From positions 91,078,001 to 91,142,000 of the forward strand of contig NC_043000.1 in assembly GCF_006345805.1 (NCBI RefSeq): 64,000 bases of DNA, given 5' to 3'. This DNA is from Octopus sinensis. Lineage: Eukaryota. Of this stretch, positions 1-13,604 are shown piece by piece. A program made the position numbers and the translations under genes. The notes beneath the pieces were generated by a model. That model was not told the origin of the DNA and searched no databases. It saw only the letters and a list, made by a program, of their open reading frames with translations. Position 1 is the first letter of the stretch, and each line of letters starts with the position of its first letter.

Positions 1-223
1 GAGTTTTTGGAACTTGATGATGTATTTTCTTCTTTGTGATTGCATTAGTTATGTGTGCGTAGAGCAGGGAAGGACGAAAAGGAAGATTGCAATACTATGC
101 AACGCAATGCACTATAGCTAGGCCTGTTTGTGACAGCAATTGTTCTTGGTGTAAATACAGAGTATTATTCACCCACCTTCTCTAAAAACACAATGTAATG
201 AGAAACAACGACTAGAACTATAC

Positions 224-660
<437 letters not shown>

Positions 661-1255
661 ACAAATATTGGCCAAAATGCTGTTGTTGTTGTTGCTGTAG
701 TTACTACCGGTTGTGGGGGTATGTGATTAAGGGAGGGTGTGGAATCTTTGGGAAAGTACGAAAATAAAAAGTAGAACTATAATAAAAATAATTTCAAAAA
801 AATAAATAAAATTATGTCGTTGTTTCGTTGTTATAGACATATAAGTCGATGAAAACATAATACTTTTTGCATCGCAAAAATAAATTTTAGTAAATATTTA
901 GGTATCAGATTCTCTATCTTCCATTGGCTTTTTGACAGGCCAATGAATGTCAATAAACACTTCTTTTCATCAAAATACTGCACTCACATTCAATTTGTGT
1001 TGTTTTCCTATCTCTTTCTCTCCCCACCGCCATCTTCCTTACGCGCTTTCTATTTCATTTTCAGTATTTTTCTTTCGTTGTCTCAGTCATTCACCCTCTC
1101 TCTCACCCTCTCCCTCACCCTCTCTTCCTCACTCTCTGTGTGTTCGTAAGTATAGATGTACCTATCTATCTTTTTATCTATATGTAGATAGATAGATTCA
1201 CACACACTTATATATACCTTTTTTATATATACACATATACACATGCATATATATG

Positions 1256-1286
<31 letters not shown>

Positions 1287-1371
1287 GTATGTATGTGTAT
1301 ATGTATGCGTATATGTATATCTACGTATGTGCTTATACAAATGTAATGCATATACGTATATATATACATAC

Positions 1372-1437
<66 letters not shown>

Positions 1438-2769
1438 GTATATAAACACACACACATATATATATACATGTGTGCGTGTGTGTTTGTCTGTGTATGTATG
1501 TATATAATTTTTCTCTTTTCTCCTATCCCCACTTTCTCTCACTACCAATGTCTCTCGATTCAGATTTTGGTTCAATTTACAATATCCAGGTATGGTGAAG
1601 CACAGTGTACCATGGTACGTTATGGCATAATATGGTGTAGGATGGTATTGTGTGGCAGGATATGCTATGGTATGGTTGGTTATTGTATATCCTAGTATGT
1701 CGATGTATGTCGTGGTGTGATCGTGTGGTATGCTGTGGTGCAATATGATATAGAAAAACATTGTATTGACTGATAACATAAGAATTATTTCAACATATTC
1801 TTTATATATTTTCATTTTATTTTATGCCTTTACATTGAATTTCTGAGTTGTTTATGAGGATACACACGAGAATTCTATAGTCGTTTCGTACAGACAATTG
1901 TTTAGATCTCTACCTATAATTATTGAACATCTTTGGTACGAAGCTATTTGCCGCAGCACCAATTTTGAACAGATACTTGCTTCAGGACAAGTCCTGTGAA
2001 ACCAGAAAGGACTTGACTAATTTGAATATGTTTTACTTCAAAACATCAAAGGCATTGTAAAATATGTGAAACCTTTCAGAAGTTTAGTTCGTAAGAAGGG
2101 CTTTACATGTGTGAAGGTATTCCAACATGGGGCTAAGTATGCGTGCGCAAGTCAAAACAGGCGGAACTTCACATGAAATGATATTTCCGCCTGTAATCAT
2201 CCGTGAGTATCTTTAACCATGCGTATATGCATGCAAAGCATACATATATGAATATCTAATAGAGGTTCACTAAATTCCAATGTAAGAGCAATGATTCAAC
2301 ATCAGAAAACGTCTCTTTTGCTCCTTTTCTTCAAGGGAGAAATCAAAATATTATGAACTTGATAACATGCAGTCGGAACGGCAGAGATTCAAATCTTGAG
2401 GTGTGCATCATTTATAAAACGCTCGTATATACAGAAACCTAAGTTGTAACGAATGCTTAAAAATCTCAGACGTTCGTTTTAGCATTGTCTAAAGAACAAT
2501 AAACATGAAGTAAAATTTTACTTTTATAGTTAAATATAATAATATCTGTTAACTATTACTTGTTTCACTCATTGGACTGCAGCCATACTGGGGTACCGCA
2601 TTGAAGGAAGAGAACATTTACAATGACATAGATGCATAGATACATACATAAATACATATTCACACACACACACATATATATATATGTGTGTGTGTGTGTG
2701 CGTGTGCATTTTTTATCTTTTATCGGTTTCAGTTCAAAGCTGCAGCCATTGTGGGGCACCACCGTTTTG

Positions 2770-3175
2770 CTACACTGTTATTACCGAGAGCTTCCTCTAA
2801 TATGTGGCATTTGGTGATTCATGGAGTTTCATATCGCTGCACTCTTTTCCGCCTCCTGCCGCATGTTAAGTTCATCTGAGACTCTCGACTGGAAGAGAAC
2901 TATTTCTGCGATGAAAACATCTCCATCCACTTTGTGTAGGTCCCTCAGGCACTTTGTCCAGACAAACACACACACTCATTTCATACCGGTTACCTCTGAT
3001 GAACGTAGGTCATATAATCGGATTTTTACCTGACATTCAATTGTACCCCTAGCGCGAAACCGATTGGTAATATCAGTCATGATGGATATATAATACTGTA
3101 CACTTTGGATAATATACCACTCTGTTGACAGATATACGAGTGCTTTTTCCTGATTTATAGACTTTTAGGCGACTT
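2770..3175 (+). mobile_element. Penelope-like element 3' remnant (end of ORF plus pLTR with decayed hammerhead)
   Basis: Translation ETLDWKRTISAMKTSPSTLCRSLRHFVQ resembles the L..EA..I....P.LC.Q..FV C-terminus of Penelope ORFs. It is followed by a CTGATGA...GAAAC motif at 2996-3060. Confidence 0.5.
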
Positions 3176-3199
3176 ACGCACGTATATATATATACTTCA

Positions 3200-3362
3200 T
3201 TCAGTTTCGGGCTTCATTCAGTTTCGTCTGCCAAATCCGCTCACAAAGCCTTGGTCGGCTTGTGGCAATAGTAGAAATCAGTTGCCGAAGTTACCACGCA
3301 GCGTGGCTGAGCCCGGAACAATGTGATTCTGAAGCAAAATTACCACTCAGTCATTTCTACGC
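3200..3362 (-). mobile_element. SINE family A, 5' half (diverged)
   Basis: Reverse complement aligns by eye to the head and body of the intact copy at 45813-45975. Confidence 0.75.
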
Positions 3363-3432
3363 CTAATTAATAATATTAATAATAATAATAATAATAACAA
3401 CGATGATAATAATAATAATAATAATAATAAAT

Positions 3433-4103
3433 TTGACGAAACAATAGTCCACCTCGTCTCGGGAAGTCCTGTGCTGACAACAAACGAATAATTTTGTAGG
3501 AAACACTACAAAATCAACACTCCTGCTTGCTGGTATGAACATCACCATGAGCCAGTCGCTAATGGTAAAAATGTCACATCCTCTGCAATTTTTCAGTCAA
3601 AAACAACAGAGCAACCTAGGCTAATCGACCAGATATAGTCATTAAAGACAGAGAAGAAAATACTTGTAGACTAATAAATGCAAACGTTCTAACTGATAAA
3701 AATATATCTGTAAAGGAATTTGACAAACTAAGTAAATATAAACATCTGGAAATAGAAACACAAAAGATGTGGCATCTTAAAGCGAGAACTGTTCCTGTTA
3801 TTGCCGTTGCCCTTCGTTTGATCAGAAAGGGATGTCAGAAACATCTACATAATATCTCAGGAGAACCATATCTCAGAGAAATCCAAAAGATCGTGCTGAC
3901 AAGTATTGCCCACATCCTTAGAAAAACCCTATCAATTCAAATGTATGTGTTGTATTACATGAAGATATTTTGCTACTACCCCTGTTACTTGCCCCCCCCC
4001 CCAAGCTGTCAGTCGTACTGTAACATCTCTTATCCTTCATTCGCCCTAGGACGCTCGGTGTGTCTCGGCGAGTGATTGTAACAAGCATGCAGATTAAAAG
4101 TAA
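3433..4103 (+). mobile_element. R4/Dong-clade non-LTR retrotransposon, 5'-truncated (zinc-knuckle end plus restriction-like endonuclease)
   Basis: Motifs ETIVHLVSG, ANRPDIV, KEFDKLSKYKHLEIE, MWHLK.RTVPVI, IQKIVLTSIAHILRKTL. Stops and frameshifts present. Flanked by (AAT)n on both sides. Confidence 0.85.
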
Positions 4104-4142
4104 ATAATGATAATAATAATAATAATAATAATGATGATAATA

Positions 4143-4232
<90 letters not shown>

Positions 4233-4364
4233 ATTCCCTTTTTCTAGTTTATTTTCTTTGTTTACTTTTATATTTTTTATTTTTCCCTTATTCTCTGCGT
4301 CTTTCTTGCCATTTTTCTCTATCACATGACTTTGTAAATGAACAAACTGGTGTGTTTATTTTAA

Positions 4365-4710
4365 TGGCCCAAGTGTCTTCTACTATAGCCTCGGGCCGAC
4401 CAAAGCTTTGTGGGTGGATTTGTTAGACGGAAACTGAAAGAAACCCGTCGTATATATGTATATATATATATATATATATGTATGTGTGCGTGTGTTTGTA
4501 AGTGTGTGTTTGTCCTCCCCCAACATCGCTTGAAAACCGATGCTGGTGTGTTTATGTCCCCGTAAATTAGCGGTTAGGGAAAAGATCCCAATAGAATAAG
4601 TACTAGGCTTACAAAGGATAAGTCCTCGGGTCGATTTGGTGGACTAAAGACAGTGCTCCAGCAAGGCCACTGTCAAGTGACTGAAACAAGTAAAAGAGTA
4701 AAAGAGTAAG
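4365..4710 (+). mobile_element. SINE family A, 5'-truncated
   Basis: Matches 45895-46207, including the internal TA/TG linker and the AAAAGAGT tail. Confidence 0.85.
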
Positions 4711-5289
4711 ATAATATAATATAATGAAATGATAGAATATTAAATGTCCATTCTGACTGAACTAGTACTCTCATGCATTAAGCTATGCAATTTTCAGATT
4801 CATATATTAGTGGTGACAGTTATGTTTTACAATTTACAACTGTAGTGAGATGGCTAAAATGAATCCCTGAAATACATTTGTATAGGCTCCTGAATGTTAG
4901 GTTTTGCAAACTGTATTCTGACCAATCATTGTGTGACTTTACTAAATTGCTTAAGTTGATTGGTATTTGTTTTATGCGTCACGGTTTGTTGAACACGTCA
5001 AAATAGCTGTATTTTGACCTTGGCCAAAACAGTAATTGTTTGGCTAATTTTCAGCTATCCTCATCCCCATTATCACCACCTTTCATATTGCTGTCGTTGG
5101 TGTTAATGGTAGGAGTAGCTGTGGTAATAGAACTTTAAACCCTAAATAAGATTATTTTCTCTTGACTTAGGTAGTATTTTCTTGTTATTGTGATCATGAG
5201 AACATTTAGTATTGTTGTTGTTGTTAGTAGTAGTGGTCGTAGTAGTAGAAATAGTACCTCTAAGTATTATTATTATTATTGTTTATTCA

Positions 5290-6160
5290 GCTTGGCTTGG
5301 ACAACTTGCAAAGATAATCTGGAACTCGACTGAGGAAAGAAAACTCCGAATGACCCGTCCTTGTTTTCTTTGTATCGTCTGTCTGGATGTTTTGTTGTCT
5401 CGTTTTTTGTATCACCTAAATGTCTTAATGTTTTGCGTTGGCGTACGTACACTTTGGTCTCTTATATGTAAGTATATATATATATAAATTTTGTACGACT
5501 CTATTATTTTTTTTCTATTCTTTCATTCATTCTTTCTTTCTATCCGCCCTTTCACACTTACTTCTTTCATTCTACTCTTCGTTCTTTAATTCTCTCTCTC
5601 TCTCACATTTCCTGGCCTTCTCTTCATGCTCACCTTCCCTCCTTTTTTACTTCATTCTGTCCCTTTCATAATTTTCTCGCCGCTCCTTAATTCTTCTATC
5701 CCTCTGCCTCTACCTCTCTCCCTTCTCTCCCCATTTGACCGCTGTTCAGCCAAGCTTGACCTTTCTTTCTTGGTTCGACTACCATCCGTGCAACATCTAT
5801 ATTCCTCCCTCTGGCTGTGAAATCTTATGTCTCTGTCGCAAGGCTTTACTTCCACACACGCCAGCTTAATTTAATTCATCCTTAGTCGAAAGACACCTGT
5901 TGTTAATGTCCTGTTATTTGTATTTGTGTACAATTCCTCCATTTTTTTCGTCTTTGTTTTCGTATACAATCGCTGCTTTCTTCCAAGGAATCTAGTGCTT
6001 TTAGCTTAAATTTTCCTTAGGGCTGGCCAGATTGGAGCAATCTCGAGTATAACCAGCCGAAATTGCAAGGATAATCTGGAACACGACTGAAGAAAGAAAA
6101 TTTCGAATGACCCGTATCGTCTGTCTGGATATTTTGCGTTCTTGTCCCATTTTTGTATTT
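5290..6160 (+). mobile_element. Non-coding repeat with ~100-bp direct terminal repeats (Penelope pLTR/retrozyme-like)
   Basis: TTGCAA.GATAATCTGGAAC.CGACTGA.GAAAGAAAA.T.CGAATGACCCGT occurs at ~5306-5358 and ~6063-6115, each followed by ATCGTCTGTCTGGAT.TTTTG. Confidence 0.55.
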
Positions 6161-6165
6161 CATAT

Positions 6166-6200
<35 letters not shown>

Positions 6201-6209
6201 GCATGTATG

Positions 6210-6242
<33 letters not shown>

Positions 6243-6270
6243 GTATATGTAGTTATGTATATAAATATAT

Positions 6271-6301
<31 letters not shown>

Positions 6302-6319
6302 GTAATATATATGCATACA

Positions 6320-6392
<73 letters not shown>

Positions 6393-7250
6393 GTTGGAAG
6401 GATCATATATGTATTTAGAAGGACTGAAATTAAGGAAGGAAGAAGCTACATAGAATATACACATATTTCCCGTTTACTTATTACGAGCATTTAATAATTT
6501 CTGTTATTTGGTAATTGTACATAGCAGCATTTCAATCTTCTTAAATAATGTTAGCATGACATAAACTGAGATATATACATTATACATTTTATCCAGTGAT
6601 AAACTTTTTAAAAGAAATAAGCATCTTGAAATTGTGAGGAGTTACAAATATTGTTTTACCTTCTTGTGTATATAACATTCACACTTCTATGAAGCAAACA
6701 GATATTCGGTGAATTGTAATTAAACGAAAACATACAAATATTAGAAAAAAGTCCTTGTTTTCTAACACATTTTTCTTTTTTTTTTTTTCATATTCTGACC
6801 GCAGACTGAAGAGAATCGTCATAGAATTAGTATTCTCTTTGATTTGGACCAATAGAAGCTGTTCTTTTTTATTTCTTCACAACAAATAAGGTAACAATGG
6901 GGTAAAAAATATGAATGGATGCATATTGGTTCCATTGACAGAAAGAAATTCGGTGAAAAAGTTATGCGATCTATATAATAGTGATTTATCATTTCTGTGT
7001 GTTCGTATGCGTGTTAGTTCGTCTATTTCTATGTTTGTAGTTCGTGTTTCACTGTTTTTTTTTTGTTTGCGCACAGTGGGCAGGTTTCTATGTCTGCTTT
7101 TGTGCAGATGGGTGAGCATGTGAATGCATGTATGTGAGCGTGTATGTGTGGTGTATGTGTGATTCTCTGCATGTGTGAATGTAGCAAGAGACATGAGCTA
7201 AATGCTATAAAAATTACGTTGTAAAACATTTCAGAAAACTACAAGCACAA

Positions 7251-7315
<65 letters not shown>

Positions 7316-7457
7316 TTGTTTGTGAGTCTGTCTGTCTCTCTCTCCCTCACTCTCTTTCTCTCTCTCTGTATATATATATAATATATATAATATATACATA
7401 TACATATATATATATACACTCAGACACGTGTAAATACAACTATATATATACATATAT

Positions 7458-7524
<67 letters not shown>

Positions 7525-7944
7525 GTATATATATGAATATATATATATATACATACATGAAGAATATATGAACATTTCCATGTATATACATACACAGGCA
7601 TATACGCATAGGAATATATGCGCACGCACTTGCCTAAGTGTTTATACATGTATGTATATGCTAATATCCAACACACTAGCATGTATGTTTACAAAATATA
7701 TTCTCATTATGTACATTTACATTATCACATTAAAATAAATATGAAACAAAATCTAAATATTTGACTCATTATTCATAACAATATTATTATTAGTAAATAA
7801 TAATTTAAAATTTCTGTAATCTGATAATGTAAATGTTTATGTTTCGATGTATACGCGCGTATATACTTATGCACATTTTCTGCTAATGTTGTTAATGGAA
7901 TTTTCTTCTCTCTTTCTCTGTTTATTTATGCTTTTGTCACTATA

Positions 7945-7986
<42 letters not shown>

Positions 7987-8185
7987 TATGGGACAAAGAT
8001 GTAGATATGGTTTTAGATATAGATTTATATATATTCATTTTACCCTTATTTTCCATTTCATCGTATATATATATATATATATATATATAAATATACGTAT
8101 ATATATATATATATACGTATATATATATATATATATATATATACGTATATACCTATACATACATATATATATATATAATATATAT

Positions 8186-8219
<34 letters not shown>

Positions 8220-8659
8220 ACAGATATGCATATGTATGCATATGTGAATATAGATATATGTTCATGGATGCATATGTTTATGTATAGGTATGAATATATA
8301 TATAAATAAAGATGTATATATACATATATACACACGCAGAAATAAACAACAACAGGTAGGAAATCGAACTTAACCAAAACCGGAAAAGCATTAATACATT
8401 AAACAAATAACACGAACTAGGGAGAGAATGTGATATGAAACATAAAAAAAATATTTAAAATATGTAACGAATGTATTTAAATTTAAAAAATAATCACGTA
8501 CTGGTGTTATGTTTCTTTTGTCTCTGTAGTTTATTTGCTTTTGTTTTTGTTTTTTGTTGCTTTTTTCTTCATTGAACTCTGTTGTTAGAATAAAAATAAA
8601 AGGCCGAAATTGAATTTTTGAAATAGTCCGTAAATAAACCAAACACAGTTATTAATATT

Positions 8660-8781
8660 TGATGATGATGATGATGATGACGACGATGACGACGATGATG
8701 AAGATGATGATGACGACAACGATATCAACGATGATAATGATGATGATGATGAGGATGATGATGATAAAAATGATGATGATG

Positions 8782-8813
<32 letters not shown>

Positions 8814-8940
8814 TAATAATAATAATAATAATAGTGATATACAGTCATGTAGAATTTTACAGAAAACAAGTTGAATTTCGAATAGCAAAATAAATGAATA
8901 AATGAATGAATGAATAAACAAATAAATAAATAAATAAAAA
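8660..8940. repeat. (GAT)n-(AAT)n-(AAAT)n compound microsatellite
   Basis: Directly visible. Confidence 0.95.
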
Positions 8941-9259
8941 TTGAAATATATTTCAAAATTTAAATATCGCAAATTTACTTTGACGGAAATGACAATACCG
9001 ATTTATTTGTAATTTAGATGGATTCATCGCATCCGTGGAAGTTTACAACTTATTATTCATTTGAACTTTGAAATTGTAAAGGGATAAATACCTGTAATGA
9101 AAAATAGAATTAAATAAAGAGGACTGATGAAGGGTGGAAACAAGGTTTGTTTTCTCATTTTTTTGGTATATTGTTTTGTTATTTATTCATTGTTATTTTA
9201 TATTAGATTCTTTTGATGGGGTTTTTGTAGTCATTTAAAAATGTTATATATCATATCTC

Positions 9260-9272
9260 ATTGTTGTTATTG

Positions 9273-9343
<71 letters not shown>

Positions 9344-9380
9344 GTTGTTGTTGTTGTTATTATTATGGTTATTGTTGTTT
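9260..9380. repeat. (ATT)n/(GTT)n microsatellite
   Basis: Directly visible. Confidence 0.95.
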
Positions 9381-10402
9381 ATTTTAGCAATGGCGAAACT
9401 TTTGGTGGCTGTTATTGTTTGTGGTGTTGTGTTTGATTATAACGTTATTTTTGTTGTTTCCAAATATTTTAATAATATGTTATTCAACAACATTTTTTTT
9501 TAAAAAACGCTTTATTTCAATGAAATTAAAAAATAAACATTTAACAAACCGCCCCACACAAATAATACATAGATATTATTTCAAAAAATAAATGTAAAAG
9601 AAATGTTAATAATAAACCAAACGAAACTGATCAATATTTTATATCTTTTATTTGTTAATTTCTTTTTTTTAATTCATTAATGTTGCCATTTTGAAAAAAG
9701 TTGGTTTTAGTAATGTTATTGTTACCATTTTTGTTATTGTTGTTGCTGTTGTTCACGTGTTTGATCATTTAGAAAAAGAAAAAATCTTTACTACTCTTCT
9801 GGTGCCTGTTCTATGTAAATTTATTTACGGAAATTTTAGGAAAGTTGTATAAATATAGCGTTTGTTACACAATTGTTTTGCAATGAAGCAAAGAAACTGA
9901 ATAGGGAAAACATTTTAAAGGTGCATGTGTATGTTTGGAAGCGGGGAGGTATAAACAGTGGAAAAAATTAGTAAAACAGAGACTGAAGTCTCTGAAGGAG
10001 AGCAAGAAACAGTGGAAAAGAATAAGTGAAGCAGAGACTGAAGTCCATGAAGAGAGTATGATGATGGCAACAAAAACGATGACAATCGACGTAAGGATGG
10101 TTACTACGCATGGTTAGTCGATGTGTTACTGATAGCCGTCAAATCTCCATCAAATCATATTTCAACTAAAAGAACGTATGTTTTATACATTTCTCAAGAT
10201 ATATGTCCCAAAATAATGTAATTATTCATAGCTGAAAAACTTTTAATCAGTCCAGAATCAAACCTATTTCACTGGGATTTAGACATCAAATAGATTGTTA
10301 TGTATGTATGTATGCATGTAGGTATATAATACATTTTTCATGTTTGTTTGTTTTTGTTTGCTTCTGTCTTTTATCGTCTTTGTTGCCGTACACATTCGCT
10401 AG

Positions 10403-10536
10403 CTTTGTTACAAATTATCATACATGGTGCAAATATGAATGCCAACGACAATGATGGCAATAATTGTTTACCCCTCTCCATAATAAAGAAAGAGATGTTT
10501 TATTCTGAGGTGGAAAATATTCCCATTTTAGATGAG
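10403..10536 (+). pseudogene. Orphan ankyrin-repeat exon (possibly MIB2-like ankyrin family); probably a pseudo-exon
   Basis: Translates LLQIIIHGANMNANDNDGNNCLPLSI, an ankyrin GA.N..D..G....L motif with the conserved H replaced by P. Ends at a canonical GAG|GTAAGT donor (10536/10537). A polypyrimidine tract and AG lie at 10401-10402. No partner exons recognised. Confidence 0.55.
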
Positions 10537-13017
10537 GTAAGTTCTTAAAATTGTTTGTGAATATGTGTGTGTGGTTGGCATTAGGAAGGGCATGCAACCG
10601 CAGAAACTATGCCATAAGAAAATAACTTAGCTTTTACTTTTTTGGGGGGTGGGGGACAACCAAATCGAATCATCGCAAGTGTAACTGTCCGAAATGGTCA
10701 TGACTTCTGGTACTGGACTGATGAAAGGAAGCCAAGAATGAGCCGTCTTTTTTTGGCCTGTCCTTCTAATTGTTGTTTCTCTTATCTATCTGTTCGAACG
10801 TTTTAATGTCCTCTGTTGCGTTTTTGCTCCATTTTATATTTATATATATACATACAAACATATATACATACATACATACATTCAAACATACATACATACA
10901 TGCGTGGATCTGCGTGTTTATATTTCTGTACATATACAAGTTTTTCTGCATGTGTCTATCTCTCACTATATACATACGTACATAAATACACTACTAGACA
11001 CGCACACACACAAACACACACACACACACATGTATGTATGTATATAGGCGCAGGCGTTGCTGTGTCGTAAGAGGTTTGTTCTCAACCACATAGTTCCGGG
11101 TTCATAAAGAAGGACGCACTGGAAATGTAGTTAGTGATGGTCACCACTCAAACCCTTTCTGTCATATTTCTGTGCATACAGACTTGGCTGGAGACTAAAT
11201 AACCATAATAACAATACATCCAAATTCTGGAAAACATTTTTCAAAATAAATAATTTTATTGATGAGAATGAGTTTAATCCGTTCTAGAATTCTCTAACCT
11301 ATGCACTATTTTCCGTTTTCACTTTTCAGCTGTTTTTGGAACCTAACCTGTACTGATCTGGATGTTAAGTAAAAAAAAAATAACTTTACACACTCAAGTC
11401 TGATATTACAAACTGTATATAGGTGATATTTGATGATACAGCCAACTGTTCTGCATAAATTCTTCGAATGAGATAATAGAAAGCATACACTGTTCTAGTC
11501 GTTTATTTAACCCATAGTCAGTATCGAGTGACTGTAAGTATGATTGAAGACTTTCCAACCATGAGCAACTGCTTTTTTTTTTATTTCTGGAGAACATTAT
11601 TTTGCTTTTCTTGTTTAAAGAGCAGTGTGTGAATTGAAATCTTTTTAGTTGTTATTCTTAGTAAGTTGAGGATCCCCCGTTTACTCATAACTAAATAAGA
11701 TATGAATATAAATTAATTCAATGGCTTTCATTTGTGTTACAAAAATAGGAAGTGTTTATACGAGATTAACAAGGCACAGATTAACAATGGTCGTTCAAAA
11801 GAAAACACATTGACATAACAAAGAATTTACATAATTCCCAGAGTGGTGGGTTAAAACCTATATATTTAATGTCTCTTTGTTTGTTTGGCTTTTATTTCAT
11901 CTGTATGGAATAAGCAGAAATCAGTACCAGTCACATGCTGGGGTTAATTATAATTACCTGAAAATTGCACTAACATCTTTAATCTTTCAAAATCTTTCCA
12001 GTCCAATAAATGATAACTCCAGATTCCCAAATGTCTTATTATCTGGATTATTTAATACACAATGAAGAAATTTGATACACGAAATAACTAGGTTCATTAT
12101 TACATTTCACAGAGAAATAATAGCTGTTAGCCATGTCCCAAAGTACCAAGATTTAAAAAATTCTTTAAACAAGTTATTCGGAAAATTGGTAAATCTTCTG
12201 AAAACTCCCAAGTCATGTACTTTACTACTGATCTACCATAATTAGACAATTACCTTTTATACTTACGACAAAATGGCAAATAGTAATTGAAGGATAACAG
12301 TATACAGCGGATGGGATGGTCTGATGATGTTTTCTGTTTCTTCAGTGTCAGCTTTTGTTGGTCAAATGTTGGCACTTCTTGGCAGGCGTTGAACTAGTTC
12401 CCTGTTGCACATTGATTTGTATGTTTGTGTATATGGGCAGAAATCCATATGATAAGTTTACTGCTTAACTGGGGTTTTTAAAACTTTAACCTTAAGTATG
12501 ATTCACCTCATGCCTGCTGTCTATATATAAACTCTTTAAAACTTTCTTCAAGTTAGTTTTGGAATTGGTGTTAGAATTTTGGCTGGGAATCAAAACAACA
12601 TTTGATGAAAAATTTTACCGTTAATAGAGTGTTGATGAAGTTTTACGTAGGCCGAAATTTACAGTTGGATCTTTTCAAAGAGAATTCTGCCAGCATCTTT
12701 GTTGCCAATTAATCAACTAAGTTCAGCTAGATTGTTACTCCGACATGAAAGAAAATGTTAAAATGACAAGTGAAGATACGTGTTGAAACTGGTGCCATTG
12801 TGTATCTTTCCCTTACATTCCAGAGAGATAGGTTGTAAAATATGTGTCAGGGATAAGCAATAACTAATCTCTTACATTGTTTCTGCTGAACTTCTAAGAT
12901 GTTCTAAAACATACACATACACACACACATGCGAGCGTACACGTACATATGATTAAATATTTGGATGATACGCATACATAAATGCATAAACACATCTCTC
13001 TCTCATATATATCTATC

Positions 13018-13098
<81 letters not shown>

Positions 13099-13104
13099 AT
13101 ATAT

Positions 13105-13140
<36 letters not shown>

Positions 13141-13604
13141 AACACACACGCACATACACACAGACACAAACACACACACATATATATATACACATATATG
13201 TGTATTTGTGCGTGTGCGTGTATGTGTGTGTATGTGTGTGTGAGCGAATGTAAAGTCACATTTCATATTATAAGCATGAATTTGAAGAAGAAAATGGAAT
13301 ATACTCACCGACTGGATTTGAACTACGCATCTATCTCTTCACAGTTGACTGTATTTCCAATTTTACACAGACTCATACTTAGACACTAGCGTATATACAC
13401 ACACGGGCAAACACATATATAAATACGCGCACATATGCTCAGGCACAAAATACGCTTATGTTATATGATCGCCAACCAAATGCATTCAATTTATATTTTA
13501 CTGTTACTTAATCAGCTCCAGCATATAGAAAAACTGGATGACTGGAACGAGTTGAGCTTGACAGTTATAGCTGTAAAATAAAAATTCATGTACTTACAGT
13601 GAAT

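Noticed and set aside
6810-6840. CTGAAGA followed by hairpin AGAGAAT...ATTCTCT as a hammerhead
   Set aside because: No GAAA after the stem and no cleavage triplet.
9841-9920. Possible exon upstream of the ankyrin exon (TTTTAG...AAG|GTGCAT, open frame)
   Set aside because: Weak donor and no recognisable protein similarity; expected by chance.
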